A DNA stretch of 64,000 nt from the IMG/VR virus record IMGVR_UViG_3300025646_005470; one strand, given 5' to 3'. This document shows, piece by piece, positions 38,827 to 48,411 of this stretch. Source of the DNA: a virus. A model generated the notes under the pieces. The model saw nothing but the letters and a program-made list of their open reading frames with translations. It was not told where the DNA came from and searched no databases. Within the stretch, counting starts at the first letter, position 1. Each line of letters begins with the position of its first letter. Both the position numbers and the translations under genes were made by a program.

Positions 38827-40323
38827 TTAGACATTAAATTCAACTCCTTGTGCCAATGGCAAGTCTGTTGAGTAGTTTACAGTTACCGTGCTTCTACGCA
38901 TATATTGTTTCCATGCATCTGAACCACTTTCTCTACCTCCGCCAGTGTGTTTTTCACCGCCAAAGGCTCCGCCAATTTCAGCCCCACTAGGACCAATATT
39001 AACATTTACTATACCACAATCTGATCCATTTGCTCCAATAAACAATTCTGATTCTTGTAGATCTTTTGTAAAGATGCAACTACTTAAACCTTGTGGTACA
39101 TTGTTGTTAATTGCTATTGCTTCTGCTAGTTCATCATATGGTATAATGTATAGCAAAGGTGCAAATGTTTCTGTTTTTGTAATTTCTTCTGCTTTAGTTA
39201 ATTCAACTATTGCTGGTGTTACATAAACACCATCACGTTCTAATCTTATGCCACCTGTTACTGTGCCAACTCCTTGTTGTTCACATTGTGCAATTGTATC
39301 TTTCATGTTTTCATATGCTTGTTCACTTACAAGTGGACCTACCAATACATTTGGATCTAAAGGATCACCAACTGTAATTTTTGCATAATATTTTTTAAGC
39401 ATTTTTACCAGTTGTTCATGTATTGATCTATGCACAATAACTCTACGTAAAGTTGTACATCTTTGACCTGCTGTGCCTACAGCACTAAACAATATAGCTC
39501 TAATTGCCAATTTCATGTCTGCATTTGGTGTAACTATCATTGCATTGTTGCCACCAAGTTCCATCAACACTCTGCCAAATCTTTCAGTGACTCTTTTGCC
39601 CAATGCTTGACCCATTGCTGTTGATCCTGTTAAACTTACAAGATTAACGTGTTTATCATCTGCTAACCATTCTGCAGGTTCATTAGCACCTATAACTAAT
39701 TCTAAAATATTTTGTGCTTGTGGTATACCAGAACGTTCAACTGCTTTTTTAAATATTGCTTCACAGGCAAATGATACTAAAGGTGTTTTAGGTGATGGTT
39801 TCCAAAGTGTTGCATTGCCACATACTGTTGCAATAGCAAAATTCCAACTCCATACTGCTACAGGAAAATTAAATGCTGAAACAACTCCAACCACTCCTAG
39901 TGGATTCCATATTTCTTGCATACGATGTCCAGGTCGTTCGCTGGGCATTGTTAATCCGTATAACTGTCTTGATAGTCCAACTGCAAAGTCGCAGATGTCA
40001 ATCATTTCCTGAACTTCACCTAGACCTTCTTGTAGAATTTTACCATTTTCAATAGTAACCAATCTACCAAGTTCGTTTTTGTACTTACGAAGTTCTTCAC
40101 CAAATAGTCTAATAACTTCACCACGTTGTGGTGCTGGTACAGTTCGCCATTCTATTTGAGCTTGTTTTAAATTTAGTACTTTTGCTTCATATTCTTGTCT
40201 TGTAGAATATTTCACATTGGCAATTTTAGTAGCATCAATTGGTGATGTTACAGAATTACCATTTGGTACTGTATATAAATTTTTGTCTATGCCAATAGCA
40301 TCAAGTATCTGTTGTGCATTCAT
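38827..40323 (-). CDS. aldehyde dehydrogenase, ALDH7 / piperideine-6-carboxylate dehydrogenase type
   Basis: [52 protein letters not shown]. Confidence 0.9.
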   Translation of the reverse strand: MNAQQILDAIGIDKNLYTVPNGNSVTSPIDATKIANVKYSTRQEYEAKVLNLKQAQIEWRTVPAPQRGEVIRLFGEELRKYKNELGRLVTIENGKILQEGLGEVQEMIDICDFAVGLSRQLYGLTMPSERPGHRMQEIWNPLGVVGVVSAFNFPVAVWSWNFAIATVCGNATLWKPSPKTPLVSFACEAIFKKAVERSGIPQAQNILELVIGANEPAEWLADDKHVNLVSLTGSTAMGQALGKRVTERFGRVLMELGGNNAMIVTPNADMKLAIRAILFSAVGTAGQRCTTLRRVIVHRSIHEQLVKMLKKYYAKITVGDPLDPNVLVGPLVSEQAYENMKDTIAQCEQQGVGTVTGGIRLERDGVYVTPAIVELTKAEEITKTETFAPLLYIIPYDELAEAIAINNNVPQGLSSCIFTKDLQESELFIGANGSDCGIVNVNIGPSGAEIGGAFGGEKHTGGGRESGSDAWKQYMRRSTVTVNYSTDLPLAQGVEFNV

Positions 40324-40326
40324 AAA

Positions 40327-40545
40327 TTATTTTTTAAAATATTTTTCAATAACTTCTAATTGATCATGATATTTTGCAATAACTTCTAGTTCTTTTTCTA
40401 CTGCTTCTAAAATATCTGGATGCTCACCAACACCCGCCGCATTTGAAAGATATACTTCAACGTTCATTGTGTGTTTAGCAATATGTCCTTTTGCATGTTC
40501 TACTATTGCGTCTAACATATTTTCTCTACTATATAATCCTGCCAT
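40327..40545 (-). CDS. conserved-looking hypothetical phage protein
   Basis: NVEVYL...GVGEHPDI; AGGAG SD; TTGACT-16-TATAAT upstream. Confidence 0.65.
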   Translation of the reverse strand: MAGLYSRENMLDAIVEHAKGHIAKHTMNVEVYLSNAAGVGEHPDILEAVEKELEVIAKYHDQLEVIEKYFKK

Positions 40546-40599
40546 TTTTCTTCTCCTAGGTTATGTGTTTATTATACACTATTTATTTGTAAAGTCAAT

Positions 40600-40905
40600 C
40601 TATATTCCTAGTGCCAATCTAACATCTTCACTCATCATTTCAGGACCAAATGGTGGATCAAATGTGGTTTCAATAAAACAGGAATCAACACCCTCTACTG
40701 ATGTAGCCGCATATTTGATATCTGCTACAATTTGATCTGCCGCTGGGCAAAATGCTGATGTTAGTGTGTGAGTAATTGATGCTCTTGGCAATTCAGATAA
40801 ATCAATATTGTATATCAATCCAAGATCATATATGTTTACTGAAATTTCTGGATCATATACTTGTCTTAGATTTTCAACAATCTTTTCTTTTATTTGTTCT
40901 GTCAT
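40600..40905 (-). CDS. Fe-S assembly protein, SufT/DUF59 (MIP18) family
   Basis: LRQVYDPEISVNIYDLGLIY, TLTSAFCP, FDPPF..EMMSE. Confidence 0.92.
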   Translation of the reverse strand: MTEQIKEKIVENLRQVYDPEISVNIYDLGLIYNIDLSELPRASITHTLTSAFCPAADQIVADIKYAATSVEGVDSCFIETTFDPPFGPEMMSEDVRLALGI

Positions 40906-41462
40906 ACTGCCTCCACACTGTGTACTTCTGGTATGTAGTGTCGCAACATGTTTTCAATGCCCATTTTAAGAGTTGCTGTAGAACTTGGACAACCTGAACA
41001 AGCACCGTACATTTCCAAATACACTGTGCCATTTTCAAAACTGTGGAATATGATATCTCCACCGTCCATGGCCACTGCTGGTCTTACTCTGTCATCAAGC
41101 AATTGAATTATCTTTTTTGTAACCTTTGTTTCTCCTGCATCTGTGTTAATTGTTTCGCAGGCAGGTTTAACTTGCTCAATTATGTATGGCTTATCAACAT
41201 AACTTTGTATTTCTTGTATAATTGTTGATTTTATATTTTCCCATTCTACTATACTATCTTTACCTACTGTAATAAAATCAGATCCAAAAAACACATCTTG
41301 TATTCCTTGTATTTTAAAAAGATCACTTGCTAAAGGTGAATCTTCTTTGGGATTTCCTTGTGGATCTTTTTTATAAAACAAAGGTGATTTGTTTCCTCTT
41401 ACTTCTCTGTTTGGTAAAAATTTCAATGCATTTGGATTAGGTGTTGGTTCTGTTTGTATCAT
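40902..41462 (-). CDS. nfuA: NifU/NfuA Fe-S carrier
   Basis: TEPTPNPNALKF, VRPAVAMDGGD, GACSGCPSS (CxxC). Confidence 0.93.
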   Translation of the reverse strand: MIQTEPTPNPNALKFLPNREVRGNKSPLFYKKDPQGNPKEDSPLASDLFKIQGIQDVFFGSDFITVGKDSIVEWENIKSTIIQEIQSYVDKPYIIEQVKPACETINTDAGETKVTKKIIQLLDDRVRPAVAMDGGDIIFHSFENGTVYLEMYGACSGCPSSTATLKMGIENMLRHYIPEVHSVEAV

Positions 41463-42097
41463 TAGTGTTTATCTCCTATTAGTTCAATTAATTCATATGC
41501 TCCGTTGTATGCAAAATACACTGCCAAAGCACCTAGTAACCATTTGCTGATAGTAAAAAAAGTGCCAACGTTAATGCGAGCAATACCTTTTTTCATCAAC
41601 ATATAAATTAAAACCAAAACACCTGCACCAACTATGCCTCCCAACCAAATACTGTAGGTTTCAGCAATTGGTGAAGCAAATAGTCCTGCATAAAATAAAA
41701 CAATCTCAAATCCTTCTCTTAATATTGCAAAGAACACTGCCAATGATAGTGCTATTGCTGTGCCTTGAGATATTGCATGTTTTACATGACCTTCCACATG
41801 TTGTTTTGCATTGTGACACCAAAATGCCACATAGGCCAAAACACCTGCCGCAATCAACATGGTCACACCTTCAAATAATTCTTCATGTGCGTGTGTAAGT
41901 GATGTGACAAATGTGAACAGTATGGCTATAACTATCGAAGCAAGTACGCCATAACCTATACCTTGCCAAACATATTGTTTCTTGTCTTGTGCGTTGAGTT
42001 TTTCCAAGTAGGTAAAAATCAACATAGCAATTAGAATTGACTCAAATCCTTCTCTCAATATGATAAAGAAAGATCCTAAAAATGGTGCTATACTCAT
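41462..42097 (-). CDS. FTR1-family iron permease
   Basis: Two REGFE motifs in TM segments; start set at MSIAPF after AAGGAG. Confidence 0.9.
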   Translation of the reverse strand: MSIAPFLGSFFIILREGFESILIAMLIFTYLEKLNAQDKKQYVWQGIGYGVLASIVIAILFTFVTSLTHAHEELFEGVTMLIAAGVLAYVAFWCHNAKQHVEGHVKHAISQGTAIALSLAVFFAILREGFEIVLFYAGLFASPIAETYSIWLGGIVGAGVLVLIYMLMKKGIARINVGTFFTISKWLLGALAVYFAYNGAYELIELIGDKH

Positions 42098-42189
42098 ATA
42101 AACTCCTTTCAAGATGCTTATTACGACCCTTGCGGTGCCGTTTGTAACACACTGTTATTATATCTTATATTGATATTTATTGCAAGAGT

Positions 42190-43155
42190 TTATTTGAGTT
42201 TGGATTCAAATTCTCTTAGACGTTTGTACACACTGGCCAGTTCTATAATTGTTGGCCATGCTTTTAATAGATATTGCATTGATCCTTCTACTCTGCCAAA
42301 TGCTCTTATAATCTGTTGCATGACACCAAGTGTTACAATACCTGCCACAATGGCTGGGGCTAAAAACACATAAGCACTTAGAACGTTTGCTTGTAAGTAT
42401 GCCATACGTCCTACATTAAAATACAGATAACGCACATAACTTAAAAAATGTATTGAACGCACATCATCAAACAACTCGTCAATTTGTTTTGGTCTTACTG
42501 TGCCATCATCTTCTGCAATAACAAGAATTTTTCTATAGGCCGCTTCTTTTTTCTGTAGGTCATATTCAACACCTACAAGTCTTAGAACCCATCCTAAGCC
42601 AATTAAAAAAACAGTACCACCAAGTGTCCAAAGTAACGCACCTGTGATTAATCCATATTGCCAATCACCAAAAAAGAAAATTGGTATTCCTACACTTAAT
42701 CCAAGCAGTATTGGAACAAACTGTATTAATACCATTACTGATTCAATAAAACTTGTGCCTAGGCCTTCCATTATTCTTGTAAACTTAATAGTATCTTCTT
42801 GAACCCTTTGACTGGCACCTTCTATTTTACGAGCTTTATCATACACTGAATGATACCATTCTACCATTGCTGTACGCCATCTAAAAAGAAAGTGTGCTGT
42901 AAAAAAACTAATTGCAACGTATAGTGCAATGTACATACCAGCAAGTGTTATGAATGATAGTAAACTTGCCCAATACTCACTAATTGTGATTGCATTAGGA
43001 GTACCTAGTGCTTTTTGAATCATGTCATAGAATACACCAAACCATTCATTGATTTTGACATCTATTTGAACTTGCACCCACAGTGATGATAAAATTACAA
43101 TTGATCCTAACCAGGCCCAAAGTAACCATTTACGAGTTGTGAAAAATCTAAACAA
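42190..43155 (-). CDS. sbmA: SbmA/BacA peptide transporter
   Basis: INEWFGVFYDMIQKAL, FLFRWRTAM, IEGASQRVQEDT, AFGRVEGSMQYL; TTG start. Confidence 0.92.
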   Translation of the reverse strand: MFRFFTTRKWLLWAWLGSIVILSSLWVQVQIDVKINEWFGVFYDMIQKALGTPNAITISEYWASLLSFITLAGMYIALYVAISFFTAHFLFRWRTAMVEWYHSVYDKARKIEGASQRVQEDTIKFTRIMEGLGTSFIESVMVLIQFVPILLGLSVGIPIFFFGDWQYGLITGALLWTLGGTVFLIGLGWVLRLVGVEYDLQKKEAAYRKILVIAEDDGTVRPKQIDELFDDVRSIHFLSYVRYLYFNVGRMAYLQANVLSAYVFLAPAIVAGIVTLGVMQQIIRAFGRVEGSMQYLLKAWPTIIELASVYKRLREFESKLK

Positions 43156-43158
43156 GGT

Positions 43159-43470
43159 TTACGCCTTTTCAACTGTACAGTTTAGCGGATGTCCTTGTGA
43201 TCTTGCTTGTGCTGTAGTTTCAATTGCTTTTTGTTCTGCAATTTCGTGTGCGTATGTTCCTGCAATGCCTTTGCCTTCTTCATGTACTTTCATCATTACT
43301 GCTTCAGCTTCTTGAGGTGATTTTCTAAAAATAGTTTTGAGAATTTCTGTAACAAAATCCATTGGTGTATAATCATCATTTAACAAATATACATGATAAA
43401 CTCCTGGTTCATCTATAGTAGTTTGTGTACTTGTTGATGCTTGTACGTTTGCATTGCCTTGTTCTTGCAT
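43159..43470 (-). CDS. clpS: N-degron adaptor ClpS
   Basis: YLLNDDYTPMDFV, MMKVHEEGKG, HPL. Confidence 0.93.
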   Translation of the reverse strand: MQEQGNANVQASTSTQTTIDEPGVYHVYLLNDDYTPMDFVTEILKTIFRKSPQEAEAVMMKVHEEGKGIAGTYAHEIAEQKAIETTAQARSQGHPLNCTVEKA

Positions 43471-43487
43471 TCTTTATCCTTATTAAT

Positions 43488-44045
43488 TTATTTATTTATG
43501 ATAACAGAGTCTGGCAAAACATAATATTTGTATGTTTGTCTATTTTCATTTTCACCATCATTTGTTTCCATCATTTCTTCGCCTTGTTCTTCATTTACAA
43601 ATTGAATAGGAATTGGTTTTCCGTCTCTCATTTGTTCAAGTTTATTCAATTGTTCATGCATTTGTCTATTGTATTGTATAACATAAACGCGAGGTTGTCT
43701 ACCATTAATTACCGTTGACATCACGTCTATCCAAGATTTATTTGCTTTTTTTGGATTATTATCAATTAACCAAAGATAAATTGCTCCAGAATCTGGATTT
43801 TTTATTTCAGGTTCTTCTACATATGATCCAACCATAATATAATGTTCATTGTTTGGCCATGCATGATAAGGATAACCATATATAGTTTTTAGTCCAATCC
43901 AAGCACTAAGAATTGAAAACAACATAAGAGTTGTTAATCCTGCTTTAAATATCCATCTAGTATTTGTAGAAGATATAAAAATCCACAAAACTGTTGCTCC
44001 AATCATCATTAGTAGCAATACTAAAAACACATGACTTTGTATCAT
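43488..44045 (-). CDS. membrane-anchored protein, third gene of the MotA/ExbB module
   Basis: Two TM helices then soluble domain (GYP, IYLW, PRVY); coupled to 44045. Confidence 0.6.
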   Translation of the reverse strand: MIQSHVFLVLLLMMIGATVLWIFISSTNTRWIFKAGLTTLMLFSILSAWIGLKTIYGYPYHAWPNNEHYIMVGSYVEEPEIKNPDSGAIYLWLIDNNPKKANKSWIDVMSTVINGRQPRVYVIQYNRQMHEQLNKLEQMRDGKPIPIQFVNEEQGEEMMETNDGENENRQTYKYYVLPDSVIINK

Positions 44046-44737
44046 TATAAGCCTCCCATTCCTGTAAAACTATTATATGTAGGAATACTTGTACCACCGC
44101 TTTGTTTTCTTGCTTTATCAATTATTGGATAATCTAACTCATTAAAATTACCTATATTACCTTTTTCGTCTACAGTAAATCTTATAACTGTTACTTCGTG
44201 TCCTTGTCTTTGTAGCTCAACTTCTTTTGCAAAAACAATATTATATGGATTTATTTTTTCTATCTGTACCTGTACAGGCATAGGAACATAACTTTTTTCT
44301 CCTAATCGTTCTACCGCTACTTTTTTAGAATAATAATGAATGTTAACAACATATTCTCCAGGAACTATACCTCGTATAGTAACCATTTCTTCATTTCTAA
44401 ATACTGTTATAGGTTTACCTTTTGGATCATATACTGTATCATTGGCTGTACCTAAATCATCTCTATTTAGACTCATTAGTCCAACATCTTTTGATACAAA
44501 ACCTACATAATTACCTAGAGGATCTCTCATCCATAGATCAATATCATCCGGAGAGTCAGTTGGCCAATTAATTTTAACTATAAATTCTGCAACTATTTCA
44601 ACATTTGATTTTTTTGCAACTGGATTTATTAAAATAAATGCAAGAATAAAAAGAAACACAAAACCAACAAGTGTGTTAAACAATAAATCTATGAACGCTA
44701 CCTGTGAACCGTAACTACGATGACGTTTGCCTGCCAT
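44045..44737 (-). CDS. ExbD/MotB-like single-TM protein with a YfaP/DUF2135-like extracytoplasmic domain
   Basis: AFIDLLFN (TM Asp); WPTDSPDDIDLWMRDP...RDDLG...PGEYVVNIHYY. Confidence 0.65.
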   Translation of the reverse strand: MAGKRHRSYGSQVAFIDLLFNTLVGFVFLFILAFILINPVAKKSNVEIVAEFIVKINWPTDSPDDIDLWMRDPLGNYVGFVSKDVGLMSLNRDDLGTANDTVYDPKGKPITVFRNEEMVTIRGIVPGEYVVNIHYYSKKVAVERLGEKSYVPMPVQVQIEKINPYNIVFAKEVELQRQGHEVTVIRFTVDEKGNIGNFNELDYPIIDKARKQSGGTSIPTYNSFTGMGGL

Positions 44738-44738
44738 T

Positions 44739-45302
44739 TTAATTACCTTTCTGTTCTACTACACGTTCAACTAATTTTTCTGCTTGTAAATTTCTATAAC
44801 GTTCTAGATCTTGATCTAATCTAAAATATTGAACTTTAAGAATTGTACTTGTAATTAGACCTGTTAGTGTTGTATACAATGCTGTTGACATACCAACTGC
44901 CATGTTTGCCAATGCTGTTTGCACTGAAGAAACATTTGCTATATTAAGGTTACCAAACGCTCCCGCTAACATCAAAATAAAACCACTTACTGTTCCAATC
45001 AACCCAAGTGTTAATAATACATCTGATGCAAACCAACCTGGTTCATGTCTTGTATCAATATTTTCTAATTTTCTAATATCACCATTAGCAAGTTGACTCA
45101 ACTTCCAACTTTCATATCCACAGTGAAATGTCATACCATAGAATATTACAAGAATTAAAAATGATAATTTTGTTTTATCTTGTGTCCATAAATCTTCATG
45201 AACTCCAAAACCTATCAAAACGATTGTTAACGATATGATTAATGTAAAAAACCACCACCACTTTAGAAATATACTGTGTCTTTTTAATGATGCAATACCC
45301 AT
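44739..45302 (-). CDS. MotA/TolQ/ExbB proton-channel family protein
   Basis: LGLIGTVSGF...GMSTALYTTLTGL; track start 45380 lies inside the hsp20 terminator, so start set at MGIASL. Confidence 0.85.
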   Translation of the reverse strand: MGIASLKRHSIFLKWWWFFTLIISLTIVLIGFGVHEDLWTQDKTKLSFLILVIFYGMTFHCGYESWKLSQLANGDIRKLENIDTRHEPGWFASDVLLTLGLIGTVSGFILMLAGAFGNLNIANVSSVQTALANMAVGMSTALYTTLTGLITSTILKVQYFRLDQDLERYRNLQAEKLVERVVEQKGN

Positions 45303-45348
45303 GAGCCATAAATTCCTTTGTTCATAAGTATTTATCGTATTTAAGAGA

Positions 45349-45374
45349 AACCCCGGCATTGTATTACCGGGGTT
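45349..45374 (-). terminator. hsp20 terminator
   Basis: AACCCCGG-10-CCGGGGTT followed by TCTCTT. Confidence 0.75.
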
Positions 45375-45395
45375 CCGCATAATTAAAGTATATTA

Positions 45396-45842
45396 TTACT
45401 TGATTTTGATAGTTCTTGGCTGTTTACCTTCTGGAATAATTCTTTCCATAGATACTTTTAACAAGCCATCTTTCAATTCAGCACCTTTGACTTCAACGTC
45501 ATCGGCTACTGTAAACACTTTTGAAAAGAATCTTTTAGAAATACCCTTGTGGATAACTCCGTTTGATTCACTATCATTTGCTTTATCTTCTTTTTTAGAC
45601 TTGATTGTAAGCATATTTTCTGCATATTCTACATCAATGTCATCTTTGCTAAAGCCAGCAAGTGCCACTTCAATATCATAGGTATTAGCACCTGTTTTAA
45701 CGATATTGTATGGTGGGTAATTTACAGTTGGAATTGCAAACATATCTTCGTCAAACATTCTTTCGAAGTGATCGAACATATTGTCAAAACCAATAGTTAC
45801 AGGACGTAACTGATTAAAAATAGATAGATGTTTATTTGTCAT
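45396..45842 (-). CDS. ibpA: small heat-shock protein Hsp20
   Basis: IGFD, NYPPYNI, IEVALAGF, GISKRFF, GAELKDGLL. Confidence 0.95.
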   Translation of the reverse strand: MTNKHLSIFNQLRPVTIGFDNMFDHFERMFDEDMFAIPTVNYPPYNIVKTGANTYDIEVALAGFSKDDIDVEYAENMLTIKSKKEDKANDSESNGVIHKGISKRFFSKVFTVADDVEVKGAELKDGLLKVSMERIIPEGKQPRTIKIK

Positions 45843-45845
45843 TTT

Positions 45846-45901
45846 AACTCCTCCTTTTAAGCAAGTTTAATTTAATGTAGACCCTATCTAAGCAATCTAC
45901 A
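45846..45901 (-). promoter_or_regulatory. ROSE-like RNA thermometer in hsp20 leader
   Basis: AACUU(G)CUU-AAAAG-GAGGAGUU hairpin with UUGCU opposite the SD and a bulged G, plus an upstream hairpin at 45875-45901. Confidence 0.6.
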
Positions 45902-45973
45902 CTGTTATTTATACAGTTTTATACTGTATATGTATAATATAAGCATTATTTTTAAAAAGTCAAGAGCCAAATC

Positions 45974-46216
45974 CTATTTTTTTTCTATTTTTTCAGAAAA
46001 AAGTTGGATATTTTGGCCAGGGCCAGCAAGACTAGGTAAATTACCGTATGTTTCTGCATACTTTTTGATAACTTCTTTGTAGAATATTGTAGAATTGTGC
46101 TGACATTTTTTGTTGATTTCTGCTAGTCCGTTGTTTGTGCTGTCAACATAGGTGGCCAAAGCCCGAGCGGCTTCCTTTTGCAGTGTACGTAGATCTAATG
46201 TTTCTAAGTCAATCAT
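45974..46216 (-). CDS. hypothetical protein
   Basis: 80 aa. Confidence 0.55.
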   Translation of the reverse strand: MIDLETLDLRTLQKEAARALATYVDSTNNGLAEINKKCQHNSTIFYKEVIKKYAETYGNLPSLAGPGQNIQLFSEKIEKK

Positions 46217-46229
46217 AACAATCTTTTAA

Positions 46230-47117
46230 CTATACAGCATTTATCTTAAATTTACAATACTGTACTATTTCTTTTGCAACATCTATTTTACAGTACTTTT
46301 CAAAGCCTTCAAATCCTGGTGCAGAATTGGCTTCACAGACTTTGTATCCATGTTCGTCAAATAATAAATCAATACCAGCAATATCAAGATTGAGTAATTT
46401 TGCTGTTTCTGTAGCAATGTAGGTTATTTCATCATCCAAAGGATAAAGTTCTCCTACTCCGCCTCTTGTGATATTGGCTTTGAAACTGCCATCTTGGCTG
46501 GATCGTTTCATTGCACCAATTGGTTTGTTTCCAATTACTAACACTCTTAAATCTGTGCCAGGTTGCTCACTGATGTATTCTTGAATAATAATGTTCAGTG
46601 GCGATTTTAAACTTTTGATAAATTCTGCTAGTTCATTTAATGCTGATTTGTTTGGTACCAAGTGTATGCCTTGTCCATAACTACCACTCAGCACTTTGAT
46701 CACACAAGGAAAGCCTATTTGTTTTTCAACCAGTTCTTCATCAACAGGAAAACGTACCAACATGGTTCTTGGAATTGGTATATTGTGTTGTGCAAGAATC
46801 TGTGTAGAATACATTTTGTCTTTGACTGCTTCAATACTGTCTCCTGTATTAATCACAGGCACATGCAGTCTTTCTAAATGTCTTAGCACACTGAGAGCAT
46901 AATAACCTGTGCCACTGCCAGTTCTAGGCAACACTAGTTTAGGCAAAGCAACAGGCTCGCTGTTAACACGAATACTGCGTCTATCACTTCTAGTTACAAT
47001 TAAATCAACTTCGTCAGGTGTCACAACTTTGATATCTAATTTTTGATTATTGGCTTCTTCAATAATTCTATTAGCTTCATAGTCTAATTCATGATCTTTT
47101 CTAAAATACCAAATCAT
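46230..47117 (-). CDS. rimK: RimK-family ATP-grasp ligase
   Basis: LPRTG, DKMYSTQIL, PCVIKVLSGSYGQG, QEYI, DLRVLVIG, FKANITRGG, GIDLL, CEANSAPGFEG. Confidence 0.9.
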   Translation of the reverse strand: MIWYFRKDHELDYEANRIIEEANNQKLDIKVVTPDEVDLIVTRSDRRSIRVNSEPVALPKLVLPRTGSGTGYYALSVLRHLERLHVPVINTGDSIEAVKDKMYSTQILAQHNIPIPRTMLVRFPVDEELVEKQIGFPCVIKVLSGSYGQGIHLVPNKSALNELAEFIKSLKSPLNIIIQEYISEQPGTDLRVLVIGNKPIGAMKRSSQDGSFKANITRGGVGELYPLDDEITYIATETAKLLNLDIAGIDLLFDEHGYKVCEANSAPGFEGFEKYCKIDVAKEIVQYCKFKINAV

Positions 47118-47133
47118 AATTTCTCTTCAAAAC

Positions 47134-47210
47134 TGGCGGGAGCGAAGGGACTCGAACCCTCGACCTCCTGCGTGACAGGCAGGCGTTCTAACCAACTGAA
47201 CTACGCCCCC
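47134..47210 (-). tRNA. tRNA-Asp(GTC)
   Basis: 77 nt GGGGGCG...CGCTCCCGCCA, loop CTGTCAC. Confidence 0.95.
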
Positions 47211-47212
47211 AG

Positions 47213-47288
47213 TGGTGGGTAATACAGGACTCGAACCTATGACCCCCTCGGTGTAAACGAGGTGCTCTACCAACTGAGCTAATCACCC
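47213..47288 (-). tRNA. tRNA-Val(TAC)
   Basis: 76 nt GGGTGAT...ATTACCCACCA, loop TTTACAC; 2 nt spacer to tRNA-Asp. Confidence 0.95.
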
Positions 47289-47659
47289 TAAATTTCAATC
47301 TCTGTTAATCCTCGTTCTCTATTTAAATACTTATACTCAACTTTGACAGGATCAAATTGTTTAATTTCTTCAAATATTATATCTGTTGGCAAATCGCCGC
47401 AGGTATATACATCTAACTGCAATAATCCCGGATCTGTTTCATCCCAACAATGTAATGCTATATGAGATGTTTCTATAATTACTAATCCAGTTAATCCTCT
47501 ATTACCAGGTATATCTAAATATGTTGTAATTGGTCCTTGACATATTTGCATACCAATCTTTGATACTAGCTCAGTTAACCATGTATGAGCCCATTTTTGA
47601 TTTGTTGGTGGTTTATTAACTTCTGCTCTAACTATTAAGTGTTTGTGTTGTACTGTCAT
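47288..47659 (-). CDS. speD: S-adenosylmethionine decarboxylase proenzyme
   Basis: GLTGLVIIE|TSHIALHCW (pyruvoyl Ser), LDVYTC. Confidence 0.85.
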   Translation of the reverse strand: MTVQHKHLIVRAEVNKPPTNQKWAHTWLTELVSKIGMQICQGPITTYLDIPGNRGLTGLVIIETSHIALHCWDETDPGLLQLDVYTCGDLPTDIIFEEIKQFDPVKVEYKYLNRERGLTEIEI

Positions 47660-48405
47660 ATTTTTTTATATATTGGTATTGGTTTCATTTTATGTAAGTT
47701 TAGTTTTCTTATCTGACGATATTTATCTAATAAACTAATATCATTACCAGTTGCTATTGCCCCAAGTTCATCAAGTGCCATAGCTCGTTCCATTTGTTCG
47801 TATGTTAACCCACCTAACTGATCTAAATCAGTTCTACCATCTTCCCATAGTCCATCTGTAGGTGGTGCATCTATGATTTCTTGTAGTATGTTTAAGTCTT
47901 TACCTAACTGCCATACTTCTGATTTCATTAGATCTGCAATGGGTGATATGTCTACTCCCCCATCTCCGTATTTGGTATAAAAACCAACACCAAAGTCTTC
48001 TACTTTGTTGCCTGTGCCCACAACTAATCCTTGTGTAGCACCTGCAATATGATGCAATGCTACCATTCTTATTCTTGATTTGGAATTAGCAAAAGCATGT
48101 TGGTTGTTAAAGTCTATCTGCATTTCAAATTTAAATGCATTATAGGTTGTGTCTAGTTCAGTTATAATGTGTTTGACATTTGTGAATTTGTTAACCAACC
48201 ATTCACCGTGTTTGATACTTAGGTCATGTTGTGACTGTATCTGTTTGATTGGCATTGACACTGCATACACGGGTAATCCTGTCATTGCACACAAAGTACT
48301 TACTACAGATGAATCAATACCACCTGATATGCCTACAACTAGAGTTTTGCGATTGTTATCGTTTGCGTATTCTTTAATCCAATTTGTGATTTGGTTTTGT
48401 AACAC
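47656..48405 (-). CDS. nadE: NH3-dependent NAD+ synthetase
   Basis: VGISGGIDSS, NSKSRIRM, GTGNKVE, FYTKYGDG, PPTDGLW. Confidence 0.95.
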   Translation of the reverse strand: MLQNQITNWIKEYANDNNRKTLVVGISGGIDSSVVSTLCAMTGLPVYAVSMPIKQIQSQHDLSIKHGEWLVNKFTNVKHIITELDTTYNAFKFEMQIDFNNQHAFANSKSRIRMVALHHIAGATQGLVVGTGNKVEDFGVGFYTKYGDGGVDISPIADLMKSEVWQLGKDLNILQEIIDAPPTDGLWEDGRTDLDQLGGLTYEQMERAMALDELGAIATGNDISLLDKYRQIRKLNLHKMKPIPIYKKI

Positions 48406-48411
48406 GAAGGA

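Noticed and set aside
44045-45302. Zorya defence system
   Set aside because: No long ZorA tail, no OmpA-like ZorB domain, no ZorC/D/E.
45902-45916. LexA-like CTGT...ACAG upstream of hsp20
   Set aside because: The spacer is 7 nt rather than 8, and alphaproteobacterial LexA uses a different box.
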